Assembly (NCBI GenBank): GCA_950079155.1
Contig: CATMWH010000003.1
Span: 172,247 to 236,246 of the forward strand
Source: an uncultured Christensenella sp.
GTDB lineage: Bacteria; Bacillota; Clostridia; Christensenellales; UBA3700
DNA: 64,000 bases
Direction of reading: 5' to 3'
Shown here in pieces: positions 10,936-21,223 of the stretch. Below the pieces are notes generated by a model. It saw only the letters and a list, made by a program, of their open reading frames with translations, was not told the DNA's origin and did no database searches. Each line of letters opens with the position of its first letter. Positions within the stretch are counted from its first letter, which is position 1. The position numbers and the translations under genes were made by a program.

Positions 10936-11415
10936 ATGGGCTTTACTAAACGTCAAAAGATAGCGCTAATAGTATCATTATGGTTATACTTTCTTTGGAT
11001 AGTGACGATATGTATTATTATGCGCGCGCAATTCAAAGGAAAACTTATCAACTGTATTATTGTAGGCGGAATTGGTTGCGTTGTGGTCTTTGTTCTCTAT
11101 CTTATAGTATTCAGCGGAGCGTACTACGTACCTAAGAAAATAAGCCGCAAAGAGAATATACAAAAGATTAAAGTCATTTATCGCAGTGAAAATATATGGG
11201 GAATATATATAAGTATAGTGGGATTTTTCTTACTTTCGTTAAGCGTGCTTTTGCTTGATCAAAACAAAATTTATTCTTTGAGACTTGCTTGGCTTATTAC
11301 CGTATCGTCTTTGTTTTTTATATCGATAGTGTTACTGTGTCTTGACTGTTATCGCAGAATTAAGTCTGCAGTGCGAACTTTTGAACTTCAAGAGAAAAAT
11401 GATGAGATAAATTAA
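10936..11415 (+). CDS. Hypothetical 4-TM membrane protein
   Basis: RBS ggag before ATG 10936; four hydrophobic segments. Confidence 0.6.
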   Translation: MGFTKRQKIALIVSLWLYFLWIVTICIIMRAQFKGKLINCIIVGGIGCVVVFVLYLIVFSGAYYVPKKISRKENIQKIKVIYRSENIWGIYISIVGFFLLSLSVLLLDQNKIYSLRLAWLITVSSLFFISIVLLCLDCYRRIKSAVRTFELQEKNDEIN

Positions 11416-11492
11416 ATAACTGATTTATTAAAAAAACGACCGATTACGGTAATTCCCATAGGGAATTTAATAAAACGCAAATAAAAAGATTT

Positions 11493-11530
11493 AGGCATAG
11501 CGTTAAGCTGTGCCTTTTCTCTGCTTTTTT
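11493..11530 (+). terminator. Terminator just inside cassette left end
   Basis: aggcatagc-gttaa-gctgtgcct followed by T-rich tract. Confidence 0.6.
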
Positions 11531-11603
11531 TGTGTACGAATTATGCTACTCGTAGCATAGTGAGATATAGATATGTTTTATATTTCCCGCAAAATTCAAT
11601 GGG

Positions 11604-11632
11604 TTGCGTTCTTTCATTTTTCGTGATATAAT
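11604..11632 (+). promoter_or_regulatory. sigmaA promoter of cassette gene
   Basis: TTGCGT-17-TATAAT with extended TG. Confidence 0.6.
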
Positions 11633-11682
11633 GATTGTACGATAAACAGTAATTTAACGGAGAGAAAATACGAGGAAATACA

Positions 11683-12498
11683 ATGGTTAAAACACAAATC
11701 GAGGTAGATATTATGGACAATGAATTACATCTTGATAATTCCTACGATACACCGTTGACGCCCAAAGAGCGTAATGCGCTTATACGTTATTGTATTGCAA
11801 TAGGCACGCGTGCAAGATGTTCTACTCGCGCTATCTTGCGTCCGTTTAAGCAAAAATATCTTACTTCCGCCCTTCGTGAAGTGAAGTCAAGCCATCTTGA
11901 ACGAATTGAAAAATTCAAGCAGCAAATTATCCTCTATCAAAACGACGAATCAGAACTAACCGAAGGACTTATTGGTTTTTTTAACGGTATTCCTTCAAAA
12001 AAGCAATATGAAAGATATCTGCGTGAACTCATTAAGCAGGAGAACGACGTTATAAATTTAATTTCAAAAAGCTATTCTATTAACGTTAATTTTTCATGCG
12101 TATCGAAGGAGCTGCTTGAATTTCATAATTCATTAAATCCACGCATCACTTTCGGCTATTCAAGCGTATTACACGAAGAATGCGATTTTGAATTGAACGA
12201 TAAAGTTAAAAACGCGTTTTTAAACGCTTCGTTAAAAGAATTCCCTGATTGCGAACGGGATTGGACGCGTGATTGGGGTTATGTTTTCTTTGATTCAATC
12301 ATTAATTTATTCTATGAAGATTTACGTGTATTTCGCGGCGACCGTTGTATTTTGGATACGATTTCCCACGAACGTATGTTGACGATTAACCTGAACGACG
12401 AGGAACTTGAAAACTTTATCGGCTTTGAAAATGACGGTAAAAATTCCGTATTGACCGAAAAACTGCAAGAAATTAAAAAACGGCAACGTAAGCAGTAA
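11683..12498 (+). CDS. Hypothetical cytoplasmic protein (cassette passenger; alternative start 11713)
   Basis: 271-aa ORF with RBS, own promoter and terminator; no family recognised. Confidence 0.7.
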   Translation: MVKTQIEVDIMDNELHLDNSYDTPLTPKERNALIRYCIAIGTRARCSTRAILRPFKQKYLTSALREVKSSHLERIEKFKQQIILYQNDESELTEGLIGFFNGIPSKKQYERYLRELIKQENDVINLISKSYSINVNFSCVSKELLEFHNSLNPRITFGYSSVLHEECDFELNDKVKNAFLNASLKEFPDCERDWTRDWGYVFFDSIINLFYEDLRVFRGDRCILDTISHERMLTINLNDEELENFIGFENDGKNSVLTEKLQEIKKRQRKQ

Positions 12499-12531
12499 AT
12501 TTCAATTTATTATTCTAAATAATGCGTATTT

Positions 12532-12565
12532 AAAAAGCTCTCGAACATATCGTTCGAGAGCTTTT
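12532..12565. terminator. Bidirectional terminator
   Basis: aaaagctctcgaac-atatc-gttcgagagctttt. Confidence 0.8.
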
Positions 12566-12673
12566 GTCCTCGTTTGAAAGTACAACTCTTAAAAATTTAG
12601 TATTTAATTCCCTATGGGAATTGCGCATTGTTCGGTCGTTTTTTGTTATAATAGAAAATATGCTTTCCAAAAA

Positions 12674-14104
<1,431 letters not shown>

Positions 14105-14277
14105 CTATTAAAATTTAATTTTTTTTATAATTCAACTTTAGTTATATATAGCGAATATTCCAATTTTTTACAATCGATATATTTTATTAGAAAATCGTCA
14201 ATTATTATTTGATTATATTAAAATTATGTAGTATAATGATAACACTTATAAAATATATATTTTAGGAAGGTGGAGAA

Positions 14278-15864
14278 ATGGAAGACAAAACATTAAATCA
14301 AGACCTTGAAAACTCAAAGGTCGAAACAGGTAATGCTCCTGACGAAACTCCAAAAAAGAAAAAAGGCGGAATAAAAGGCTTTTTGCAATTTATTTTGTTT
14401 GTTGTTCTTAGTATGGCTGGCTTTATAGTGCAATTGGTTGTTAAATTGCTCGGTCCAAAGATTGGATTTATTCAAGACTTAGATGCTGACGCAAGCAAGA
14501 ATTTCTTATTGTTTGGTTTGTCGTGGCTAGATACTAAACTCGGTACGTTTATTGTAGTTATGGTTGGTATTTTTCTATGCAAACTCATCAACTTCATTTT
14601 GCACAGAAAAGTATTATTTAAACCAAGAAAAAATTTGGCGTTTGGCATATTTATGTACATAGTTTTCAGCGTGCTTTTGTGGGCTGCTACAACTATTGTG
14701 GATCAACCTTTAACAAATGCGTTTGTAAACGCAGATTGGTGGACAAATACACTTTTCAAAGGAAATATGGAAACGTCTAAAGCAGTGGGCGGAACTCTTG
14801 CAATGATCATCTATTCTTGTGCTGATATGATAATAATGTTCATCGCAGAGAAGTTCTTGATTATGAATGACAAACTCTTTAAGAAAAAAGGTCAAGAGCA
14901 AGTTGCTGTTGCACAAGGCGTTGCAAACGTTGAGGAAAAGGCAGTTGCTGCTGACAGCGCAGTTCAAGAAGATACTCAAGCAGTTGCCGAAGAGGCTAAA
15001 CCTGTTGAAGAAACGTTTGTTCAAGACGCATTTGCTGCTCAAGAGAGTGTGGCAGAGCCTGAGGAGAAAGTCGAAGAGCAAGCGCAAGCAAGCGAAGAGC
15101 CGCAAGAAGAGATTGCGCCTGTCGTAGAAGAGCAAGTAGAAAATGTTCAAGACGCCAAAGCAGAGGAGCCCGCTCAAGAAGAAGTAATAAAAGAGGTCGT
15201 AGTTGAAGAAGTAGTCGAAGAGCAAGTAGAAGAAGTTGCTCAAGAGATAGAGGAAGTCGAGGCTGAGGCTGTTGCCGAAGTAGTAGAAGAGACTGTCGAA
15301 ATTGAAGAGCAACAACCCGAGATTGTTCAAGAAGAGGCAGTAGAAGAGAAAAAGACGCCTGCAAAGAAGACTGCTACAAAGACTAGCGCCACAAAGAAAA
15401 CTACTGCTACGGCTAAGAAGACGACTACTGCCGCTAAGAAACCTGCTGCAACTAAGTCAACCGCTAGCAAGACTGCTGCGGCAAAGGCTACTACTGCAAG
15501 TAAGTCTACGGCTGCAAAGAAGACGACTGCTGCCGCTAAGCCCGCAACAAAGGCTGCAGCAAGCAAGTCTACAACCGCCGCTAAGAAACCTGCCGCTACG
15601 AAGACGGCTGTCGCAAAGAAGACGACGTCTACTAAGGCTACTGCGTCTAAGGCAACTGCCGATGCAAAGAAACCTGCTGCAAAGTCTGCGACTGCGGCAA
15701 AGAAAACGACTACTGCCGCTAAGCCTGCTACAAAGGCTGCAGCAAGTAAGACGACTGCTGCAAAGAAGACTACGTCAACCAAGACAACAACCGCGGCAAA
15801 GAAGCCTGCTGCAAAGGCTACGGCAAGCAAGACGACTGCGGCAAAGAAGACAACAAAGAAATAA
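14278..15864 (+). CDS. GtrA-like membrane domain + Glu/Val-rich linker + histone-H1-like Lys/Ala/Thr tail
   Basis: Four TM helices with NFILHRKVLFK; acidic EEVVEE region; about 170 aa of AKKTT/AKKPAA repeats. Confidence 0.75.
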   Translation: MEDKTLNQDLENSKVETGNAPDETPKKKKGGIKGFLQFILFVVLSMAGFIVQLVVKLLGPKIGFIQDLDADASKNFLLFGLSWLDTKLGTFIVVMVGIFLCKLINFILHRKVLFKPRKNLAFGIFMYIVFSVLLWAATTIVDQPLTNAFVNADWWTNTLFKGNMETSKAVGGTLAMIIYSCADMIIMFIAEKFLIMNDKLFKKKGQEQVAVAQGVANVEEKAVAADSAVQEDTQAVAEEAKPVEETFVQDAFAAQESVAEPEEKVEEQAQASEEPQEEIAPVVEEQVENVQDAKAEEPAQEEVIKEVVVEEVVEEQVEEVAQEIEEVEAEAVAEVVEETVEIEEQQPEIVQEEAVEEKKTPAKKTATKTSATKKTTATAKKTTTAAKKPAATKSTASKTAAAKATTASKSTAAKKTTAAAKPATKAAASKSTTAAKKPAATKTAVAKKTTSTKATASKATADAKKPAAKSATAAKKTTTAAKPATKAAASKTTAAKKTTSTKTTTAAKKPAAKATASKTTAAKKTTKK

Positions 15865-15883
15865 TAAATTATTGTTTGGCAAC

Positions 15884-15916
15884 AAAAATGCGTCACTCTC
15901 AAGTGACGCATTTTTT
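15884..15916. terminator. Bidirectional terminator
   Basis: aaaaatgcgtcact-ctca-agtgacgcattttt. Confidence 0.8.
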
Positions 15917-15919
15917 ATT

Positions 15920-16519
15920 TTAAAAGTCTTTATGTAATTTATGTAGGTGATAATAAAAAGTCGATTGTTTGACGTCAAGCAAGTCAAGCGCGTCAGAGAG
16001 AACAATTTTTTTTTCGTTGTAAAGTTCGGTGACTTCGACAAACATTGCCGTATACTTTTTCTTAGGTCTTCCAAAACTTATACCTCGCTGTTTGGCTAAA
16101 GCAATTCCTTCGGCTTGTCTGGCTCGGATATTCTGTCTTTCGTTTTCGGCTACGAAAGACAGAAGTTGCAGGACTATGTCTGATATAAATATTCCCACGA
16201 GATTGTCGGCTTTGTCTCTGGTGTCAAGCAATGGCATATCCAACACTAATATATCGGCGCCTATATGAGAGGTGATTTTTTTCCATTCGTCAATTATAGC
16301 CTCATAATTTCTCCCCAATCTATCTATTGATTTTACGACCAGAAGATCTCCAGCCCTCAATCTTTTGATAAGTCGGGTGTATTCTTTGCGATCAAAGTTT
16401 TTGCCACTTTTTTTATCGCTAAAAATATTGTTTTCTTCAATTCCGAATTTTAAAAATTCTTCGATTTGTCTGCCAAGGTTTTGATCAGAGGCAGATACGC
16501 GTGCATAACCGTATTGCAA
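15920..16519 (-). CDS. Serine recombinase, resolvase/invertase family
   Basis: YGYARVS catalytic Ser, DKKSGK, VVKSIDRLGRN, FGRPKK plus C-terminal HTH; TTG start with RBS aaggag. Confidence 0.93.
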   Translation of the reverse strand: MQYGYARVSASDQNLGRQIEEFLKFGIEENNIFSDKKSGKNFDRKEYTRLIKRLRAGDLLVVKSIDRLGRNYEAIIDEWKKITSHIGADILVLDMPLLDTRDKADNLVGIFISDIVLQLLSFVAENERQNIRARQAEGIALAKQRGISFGRPKKKYTAMFVEVTELYNEKKIVLSDALDLLDVKQSTFYYHLHKLHKDF

Positions 16520-16754
16520 TTTTGTTGTCTCCTTTTCATTGGTTTTGTCTTCCTACTGCACTAACCGTAAAGAGCACGATACGCGTCTTATTTTTTACGC
16601 TTTAATCAATTTGTGTTCTAATTGGCGTGCCAATGGGTATGATAAAAGAATAGCAAATATATTTTAACAAGTCCAAGATTTTTAAATATTTTGACAACTA
16701 AAAATTTAAAATGGCGAAAATAAAAATAAAAATAGTAAAATATATAATAATGAC

Positions 16755-16796
16755 ATAGAAAATTCGATATGTCAAGTATTTTATCGAATTTTCTAT
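16755..16796. promoter_or_regulatory. Operator: 15-bp perfect inverted repeat flanking a minus-strand -35
   Basis: atagaaaattcgata (16755-16769) / tatcgaattttctat (16782-16796) around tgtcaa (TTGACA on - strand). Confidence 0.65.
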
Positions 16797-16807
16797 ATAA
16801 TAAAGGT

Positions 16808-17020
16808 ATGGAACCTAGTTTTGACGAAATTTTAAAGGAGTTTTTGCTCATCAATAATCTGACGCAAACGACTTTCGCCAATGCTATAGGCGTAAGGCAA
16901 AGTCAAGTAAGCGAGTGGCTAAGCGGTAAAGCCAAACCGGGGTACGACACATTGAGACGTATCTCGTTGGCGTTTAACGTTTCTGCCGACTATTTCTTGG
17001 GAATAAAGGAAAATTTTTAA
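16808..17020 (+). CDS. XRE-family HTH regulator (probably leaderless)
   Basis: LTQTTFANAIGVRQSQVSEWLSGKAKP...VSADYFLG; TATAAT 6 nt before ATG. Confidence 0.88.
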   Translation: MEPSFDEILKEFLLINNLTQTTFANAIGVRQSQVSEWLSGKAKPGYDTLRRISLAFNVSADYFLGIKENF

Positions 17021-17298
17021 TAGTTGTGTTGTGCGAGTTCAACAATTACTTCATTTACCTTAGTGAAGAAGTCTTCCTCAAAGCAATCTGATATTTCCAA
17101 GTCAGTAAGATTTACTTTTGTATACTTTTTTAACGCGTCTATTGATTTGTTAAATTTGGCTCTGTATTGTTCTTTGACTTCAGCAACTTCTTTGGCAGTC
17201 CATAGAGTTGTTTGATTGGAATAATACACAACTTCATTTGGAAATATTTTATATATTGTTATGCAAAATCTCAGAAAAGGCATTGTGACGCAATACAA
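17017..17298 (-). CDS. Hypothetical protein (frame stays open about 43 codons upstream without ATG; start uncertain)
   Basis: ORF downstream of a consensus minus-strand promoter at 17452-17480. Confidence 0.45.
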   Translation of the reverse strand: MYCVTMPFLRFCITIYKIFPNEVVYYSNQTTLWTAKEVAEVKEQYRAKFNKSIDALKKYTKVNLTDLEISDCFEEDFFTKVNEVIVELAQHNY

Positions 17299-17451
17299 TC
17301 TGTAAAATATATCGTGTAAAGCGTCAACTAAATACGCTACGATTTTGGCAATTGTAATTTTAACAACGTCGCGTGGTGAAAAGTATTCTTCGAATTTATA
17401 CGATTGTTCATCATAAGTATTTCTACTTCATATATGCCTATAATAATCTTG

Positions 17452-17492
17452 ATTATAATAGAACTATAGTACATTGTCAAGAACTTTAGTGC
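17452..17492 (-). promoter_or_regulatory. Consensus sigmaA promoter overlapped by repeated operator
   Basis: TTGACA (17480-17475) -17- TATAAT (17457-17452) on - strand; agaactatagtac / agaactttagtgc repeats 20 bp apart flank the -35. Confidence 0.65.
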
Positions 17493-17513
17493 TTTAAAAT
17501 ATAAAATGGTATT

Positions 17514-17711
17514 ATGTTTGGAGAAAGATTAAAAGAATTAGCAATAGAGAGAAATTTAACTCAAAAGCAAATTGCGCTGATGTTGAGCGTTTCGCAAAAA
17601 GTAGTCAGCAAGTGGATAAGAAATCAATCCGAGCCTACGGAGACGAATATCCGCAATGCGGCGATTGCTTTTGGCGTATCAACAGATTTTCTTTTAGGTC
17701 TTGAAGATTGA
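17514..17711 (+). CDS. XRE-family HTH regulator (probably leaderless)
   Basis: MFGERLKEL...LTQKQIA...VSKW...VSTDFLLGLED; TAAAAT 6 nt before ATG. Confidence 0.88.
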   Translation: MFGERLKELAIERNLTQKQIALMLSVSQKVVSKWIRNQSEPTETNIRNAAIAFGVSTDFLLGLED

Positions 17712-17714
17712 GAA

Positions 17715-18539
17715 TTAAAATTCGTCTTTTTTGTTTATTGTGTCCATAATATTGTCGAGATATTCGTCTTCCTCAATCTTGTCTGCTTCGGCAGGCATTT
17801 TCTTTGAAGTAAATCTGCCTTTGGGAACAGAGGAGACTTCTTCAAAATCGTTGAGATAAGGCTCTTCATAAGTGTATTCGTCGCTGTCATCGTAATAATC
17901 ATCGTCGTCATAATATTCCGCAACATTATGGTCATCATACTTGCTGTTTTCGTGATATTCTTCGTATTCACTGTTTCTTCTACGTAAAGCGTTTCGTTTT
18001 TTTCGTTCTTCGGCAAAATCTTCTATAAATTTTTGAAGTTTGTTGCCGACGGCATATGGACTGTCTATATCCAATAATACCACTTTATTATGTCCTGAGA
18101 GAGTAATATCTCCAACCTTAAAAATTCTGTCGATAAAACCTACTTTGACAGATACGTTATATAGTTCTGAATAATTATAACTTTTTATGATGCCTCCGTC
18201 GCGTACTATTACCCTTTTATTTGTCAGAGCGTATTCTAACAATTTATGTTTTCTTCTTGCAGTAAGCACATTATGTATCCACAACCAGACGGGCATAAGA
18301 TGAAAAGCAAAGAATATAAACAAAAATATCATCATACCTTTTGGTACGTTGGTTCTGAAAATCATAGATATTGCAAATCCGTCAAAACACAGCCATATCA
18401 GCGCAATTGGCAAAAGTTGAAAACTTTTTGAAAGAATAAAGGACGCTTTTTGCGGAACGCCTCGCCAAAGCAATTCTTCATCTTCTTTTATTTCCATAGA
18501 AATATCTTTATCAAATGACGTAATTGAATTTTTTGACAT
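17715..18539 (-). CDS. Membrane protein with bacterial PH domain and acidic tail
   Basis: EELLWRGVP, two TM helices, YALTNKRVIVR, GFIDRIFKVGDI. Confidence 0.75.
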   Translation of the reverse strand: MSKNSITSFDKDISMEIKEDEELLWRGVPQKASFILSKSFQLLPIALIWLCFDGFAISMIFRTNVPKGMMIFLFIFFAFHLMPVWLWIHNVLTARRKHKLLEYALTNKRVIVRDGGIIKSYNYSELYNVSVKVGFIDRIFKVGDITLSGHNKVVLLDIDSPYAVGNKLQKFIEDFAEERKKRNALRRRNSEYEEYHENSKYDDHNVAEYYDDDDYYDDSDEYTYEEPYLNDFEEVSSVPKGRFTSKKMPAEADKIEEDEYLDNIMDTINKKDEF

Positions 18540-18718
18540 TTTAACACCTTCTAGATTTCTACATATTTGATTTTATCTATTATAACAATACAAAATATTT
18601 TCGTCAATAAAAATATGTGAATTTAAAGAGTTATATTATGGATAATTAAGTCTTTGAGTGTCATAATGCGAAAGTGAATTTATATAATAGAATAGGCAAT
18701 ATTGAAAAGAGGCTAATT

Positions 18719-19558
18719 ATGAAAACTTTGGGATATTACAACGGAAAATATGGCGAAATAGAAGATATGCAAATACCTATGTTGGACAGGGTATGCTGTT
18801 TTGGCGACGGAGTATATGACGTGACTTATACGCGTAATTACAAAATATTTACGCTCGACGAACATATCGACAGATTTTTTGAAAGCGCAAGACTGTTAGA
18901 TATACGTATACCTCACGACAAGGCAGGAATGAAATATCTCCTGCAAGAGATGGTCAATAAGTGCGACGAAGGCAATCTTGTGATATGTTGGCAAGCCACG
19001 CGCGGGACGGCAATTCGCAATCATACTTATCCCGACGATATGTTTGCCAATATTTGGATTACGATTCGTCCTTGCGACATAGTTGATATGACGGACAAAG
19101 TAGACCTGATTACTGTCGAAGATACGAGATTTTTGCATTGCAATATAAAGACGCTCAATCTCATACCGAGCGTAATGGCGTCGCAGAAAGCTATGCGCGC
19201 CGGCGCTCACGAAGCGTTGTTCCATCGGGGGGATAGGGTTACGGAGTGCGCTCACAGTAATGTACATATCATAAAAGACGGTACGTTGATTACACCTCCT
19301 GCCGATTGTTATATATTAAAAGGCGTTGCAAGAGACCATTTGATAAAGGCTTGCCAAAATCTTGGTATTCCGGTGCGTATCGAGCCGTTCAGTTTGCAAG
19401 ATATCTTTGACGCAGACGAAGTTATTATTACAAGTTCGGGATCGCTGTGTCTACGGGTGGGGCAAGTCGACGGTGTGTCTGTCGGCGGGAAGGCAGAAGA
19501 TTTGATAAAGAAGTTGCAGGACTATCTGTTAGACGAATTTAATAGGGCGACGGAGTAA
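18719..19558 (+). CDS. dat: Class IV aminotransferase, probable D-amino-acid transaminase
   Basis: DRVCCFGDGVYD, NIKTLNL (PLP Lys), TECAHSN, ILKGVAR, ADEVIITSS; adjacent to alr. Confidence 0.8.
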   Translation: MKTLGYYNGKYGEIEDMQIPMLDRVCCFGDGVYDVTYTRNYKIFTLDEHIDRFFESARLLDIRIPHDKAGMKYLLQEMVNKCDEGNLVICWQATRGTAIRNHTYPDDMFANIWITIRPCDIVDMTDKVDLITVEDTRFLHCNIKTLNLIPSVMASQKAMRAGAHEALFHRGDRVTECAHSNVHIIKDGTLITPPADCYILKGVARDHLIKACQNLGIPVRIEPFSLQDIFDADEVIITSSGSLCLRVGQVDGVSVGGKAEDLIKKLQDYLLDEFNRATE

Positions 19559-19561
19559 ATT

Positions 19562-20695
19562 TTGCAGGATTATAATAATTTGACGGATAGGACATACGTT
19601 GAGATAGACGTCGAGGCGTTGAGGCATAATATCATAATTGCAAGAGACAAGGTGGGGAATGACGTAAAAATTATGTGCCTTGTTAAAGCAAACGCTTACG
19701 GTCACGGCGCTACCGCGGTGACAAAGTATTTTCAAGACTTGATTGATTTTCTCGGCGTCGCGACTATCGACGAAGGGATAGAACTGAGGCAAAACGGCGT
19801 AGATCTTCCAATACTCATAGTGGGAGATATTGCAAAAAGCAGATTTAAAGACGCAATAGATTACGATATAGAAGTCACGGTACACTCATTGGAATGCGCG
19901 CTTTTGCTAAATGATTTTTGTGAGTCTGAAGCAAGGCTAGCCAAAGTACATATAGCGGTAGATACCGGTATGGGGCGCATAGGATTTTTACCTGAAGAGG
20001 TAAATCAAGCTGTCGAAGTTTGCCGTCTTGGCAATTTGGAGATAAAGGGGATATTTACGCATTTTGCAAAAGCCGACGAGGTCGACAAGTCGTATACTTT
20101 TATGCAGAAGAGGCTCTTTGACGATTTTGTAGATAGGCTTATGAGAGAAGGCGCGGTCGTTGGTTTGCGCCACGTTGCCAACAGCGCAAGTATATTGGAC
20201 GTTGAGGATTGCAATTGCGATATGGTACGTATGGGAGTGATGACTTACGGATTAAGTCCGTCATCCGACGTTAAATGCAAAGATTTAAGACCTGCAATGA
20301 GTTGGTATTCACATATAGCGCATATCAAGACTCTTCCAAAAGGCCGTCGAATAAGTTATGGCGGAGACTATATCACTCGTGACGACACAGTCGTTGCGAC
20401 CGTTGCAGTGGGTTACGGCGACGGATATCCAAGATTATTGTCAGACAAGAGTTGCGTACTTGTGAAAGGAGAAAGAGCGCCCGTTATAGGACGCGTCTGT
20501 ATGGATCAAATGATGATAGATATCACGCATATAAAAGGCGTTAATGTCGGAGATAAGGTCACGCTTATGGGAAAAGATGGAAATCAAATTATTTTCGCAG
20601 AAGAATTAGCAGACCTTGCCGGTACGATAAATTATGAGATAGTATGCGGCATTGCGCCGAGAGTGCCGCGAGTATACGTAAACGCATTGCTATAA
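19562..20695 (+). CDS. alr: Alanine racemase
   Basis: VKANAYGHG, VDTGMGRIG, GYGDGYPR, GRVCMDQ, GTINYEI. Confidence 0.96.
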   Translation: MQDYNNLTDRTYVEIDVEALRHNIIIARDKVGNDVKIMCLVKANAYGHGATAVTKYFQDLIDFLGVATIDEGIELRQNGVDLPILIVGDIAKSRFKDAIDYDIEVTVHSLECALLLNDFCESEARLAKVHIAVDTGMGRIGFLPEEVNQAVEVCRLGNLEIKGIFTHFAKADEVDKSYTFMQKRLFDDFVDRLMREGAVVGLRHVANSASILDVEDCNCDMVRMGVMTYGLSPSSDVKCKDLRPAMSWYSHIAHIKTLPKGRRISYGGDYITRDDTVVATVAVGYGDGYPRLLSDKSCVLVKGERAPVIGRVCMDQMMIDITHIKGVNVGDKVTLMGKDGNQIIFAEELADLAGTINYEIVCGIAPRVPRVYVNALL

Positions 20696-20722
20696 GCGCA
20701 ATCATAAATAATACTCATAGAG

Positions 20723-21064
20723 TTAATATCTCTTTTTCCCGAATTTAAGTCTAATAAGTATTTGAGTAGTTATTATCGAAGCAAACAATGTGGTTAATGC
20801 AGCAGCCATATCCAATAAAACGACCATCAAAATATCTTCTATAAAATAATTTACAAGGCATATGGCGGGAATGCAAAAAAGTGCGCTAATAAACAACGTC
20901 GCAATAGACCAAACTTTGTTGGCAAAGTACCATACTTTTTCGTCAGATGTACTTCTTATAGTTCTATATCCGAATATAGAATTAGGATTTGGCTTTGCAA
21001 TAAGCATTATTATTGCAATTATAGAAAATAGCGTAGGTAGAAGCAATCCCATTATCCACTTCAT
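20723..21064 (-). CDS. SdpI/YhfL-family membrane protein
   Basis: PNSIFGYRT...W.FAN motif with three TM helices. Confidence 0.75.
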   Translation of the reverse strand: MKWIMGLLLPTLFSIIAIIMLIAKPNPNSIFGYRTIRSTSDEKVWYFANKVWSIATLFISALFCIPAICLVNYFIEDILMVVLLDMAAALTTLFASIITTQILIRLKFGKKRY

Positions 21065-21223
21065 AATTAGTCCTCCCTAATTACATTATAACGAAAAATT
21101 GTTTAGCAAGCAATATCATTTATTGTTATTTTTACAACTATTATGCTTAAATTAAAAAATTTTGTCTATTGACACTATATTGCCCTTATGTTATAATTTT
21201 TATATTAAAATACGAGGGACATT

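Larger units (their letters stand above)
11431..12644. mobile_element. Inverted-repeat-bounded single-gene cassette (no transposase)
   Basis: Left end aaaaaacgaccga-N7-aattcccatagggaatt-taata (11431-11472) is the imperfect inverse of the right end tattt-aattccctatgggaatt-N9-tcggtcgtttttt (12601-12644). Confidence 0.55.

Noticed and set aside
11451-11472. Xer/dif site bounding the cassette
   Set aside because: The 7-3-7 palindrome does not resemble the 11-6-11 dif layout or consensus.
15346-15861. Short tandem-like repeats suggesting a CRISPR or satellite array
   Set aside because: Codon-periodic, degenerate, and inside an ORF encoding AKK repeats; no constant repeat with unique spacers and no cas genes.
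18719-20695. dat-alr pair as a novel pathway
   Set aside because: Known route to D-Ala and D-Glu for peptidoglycan; ordinary.
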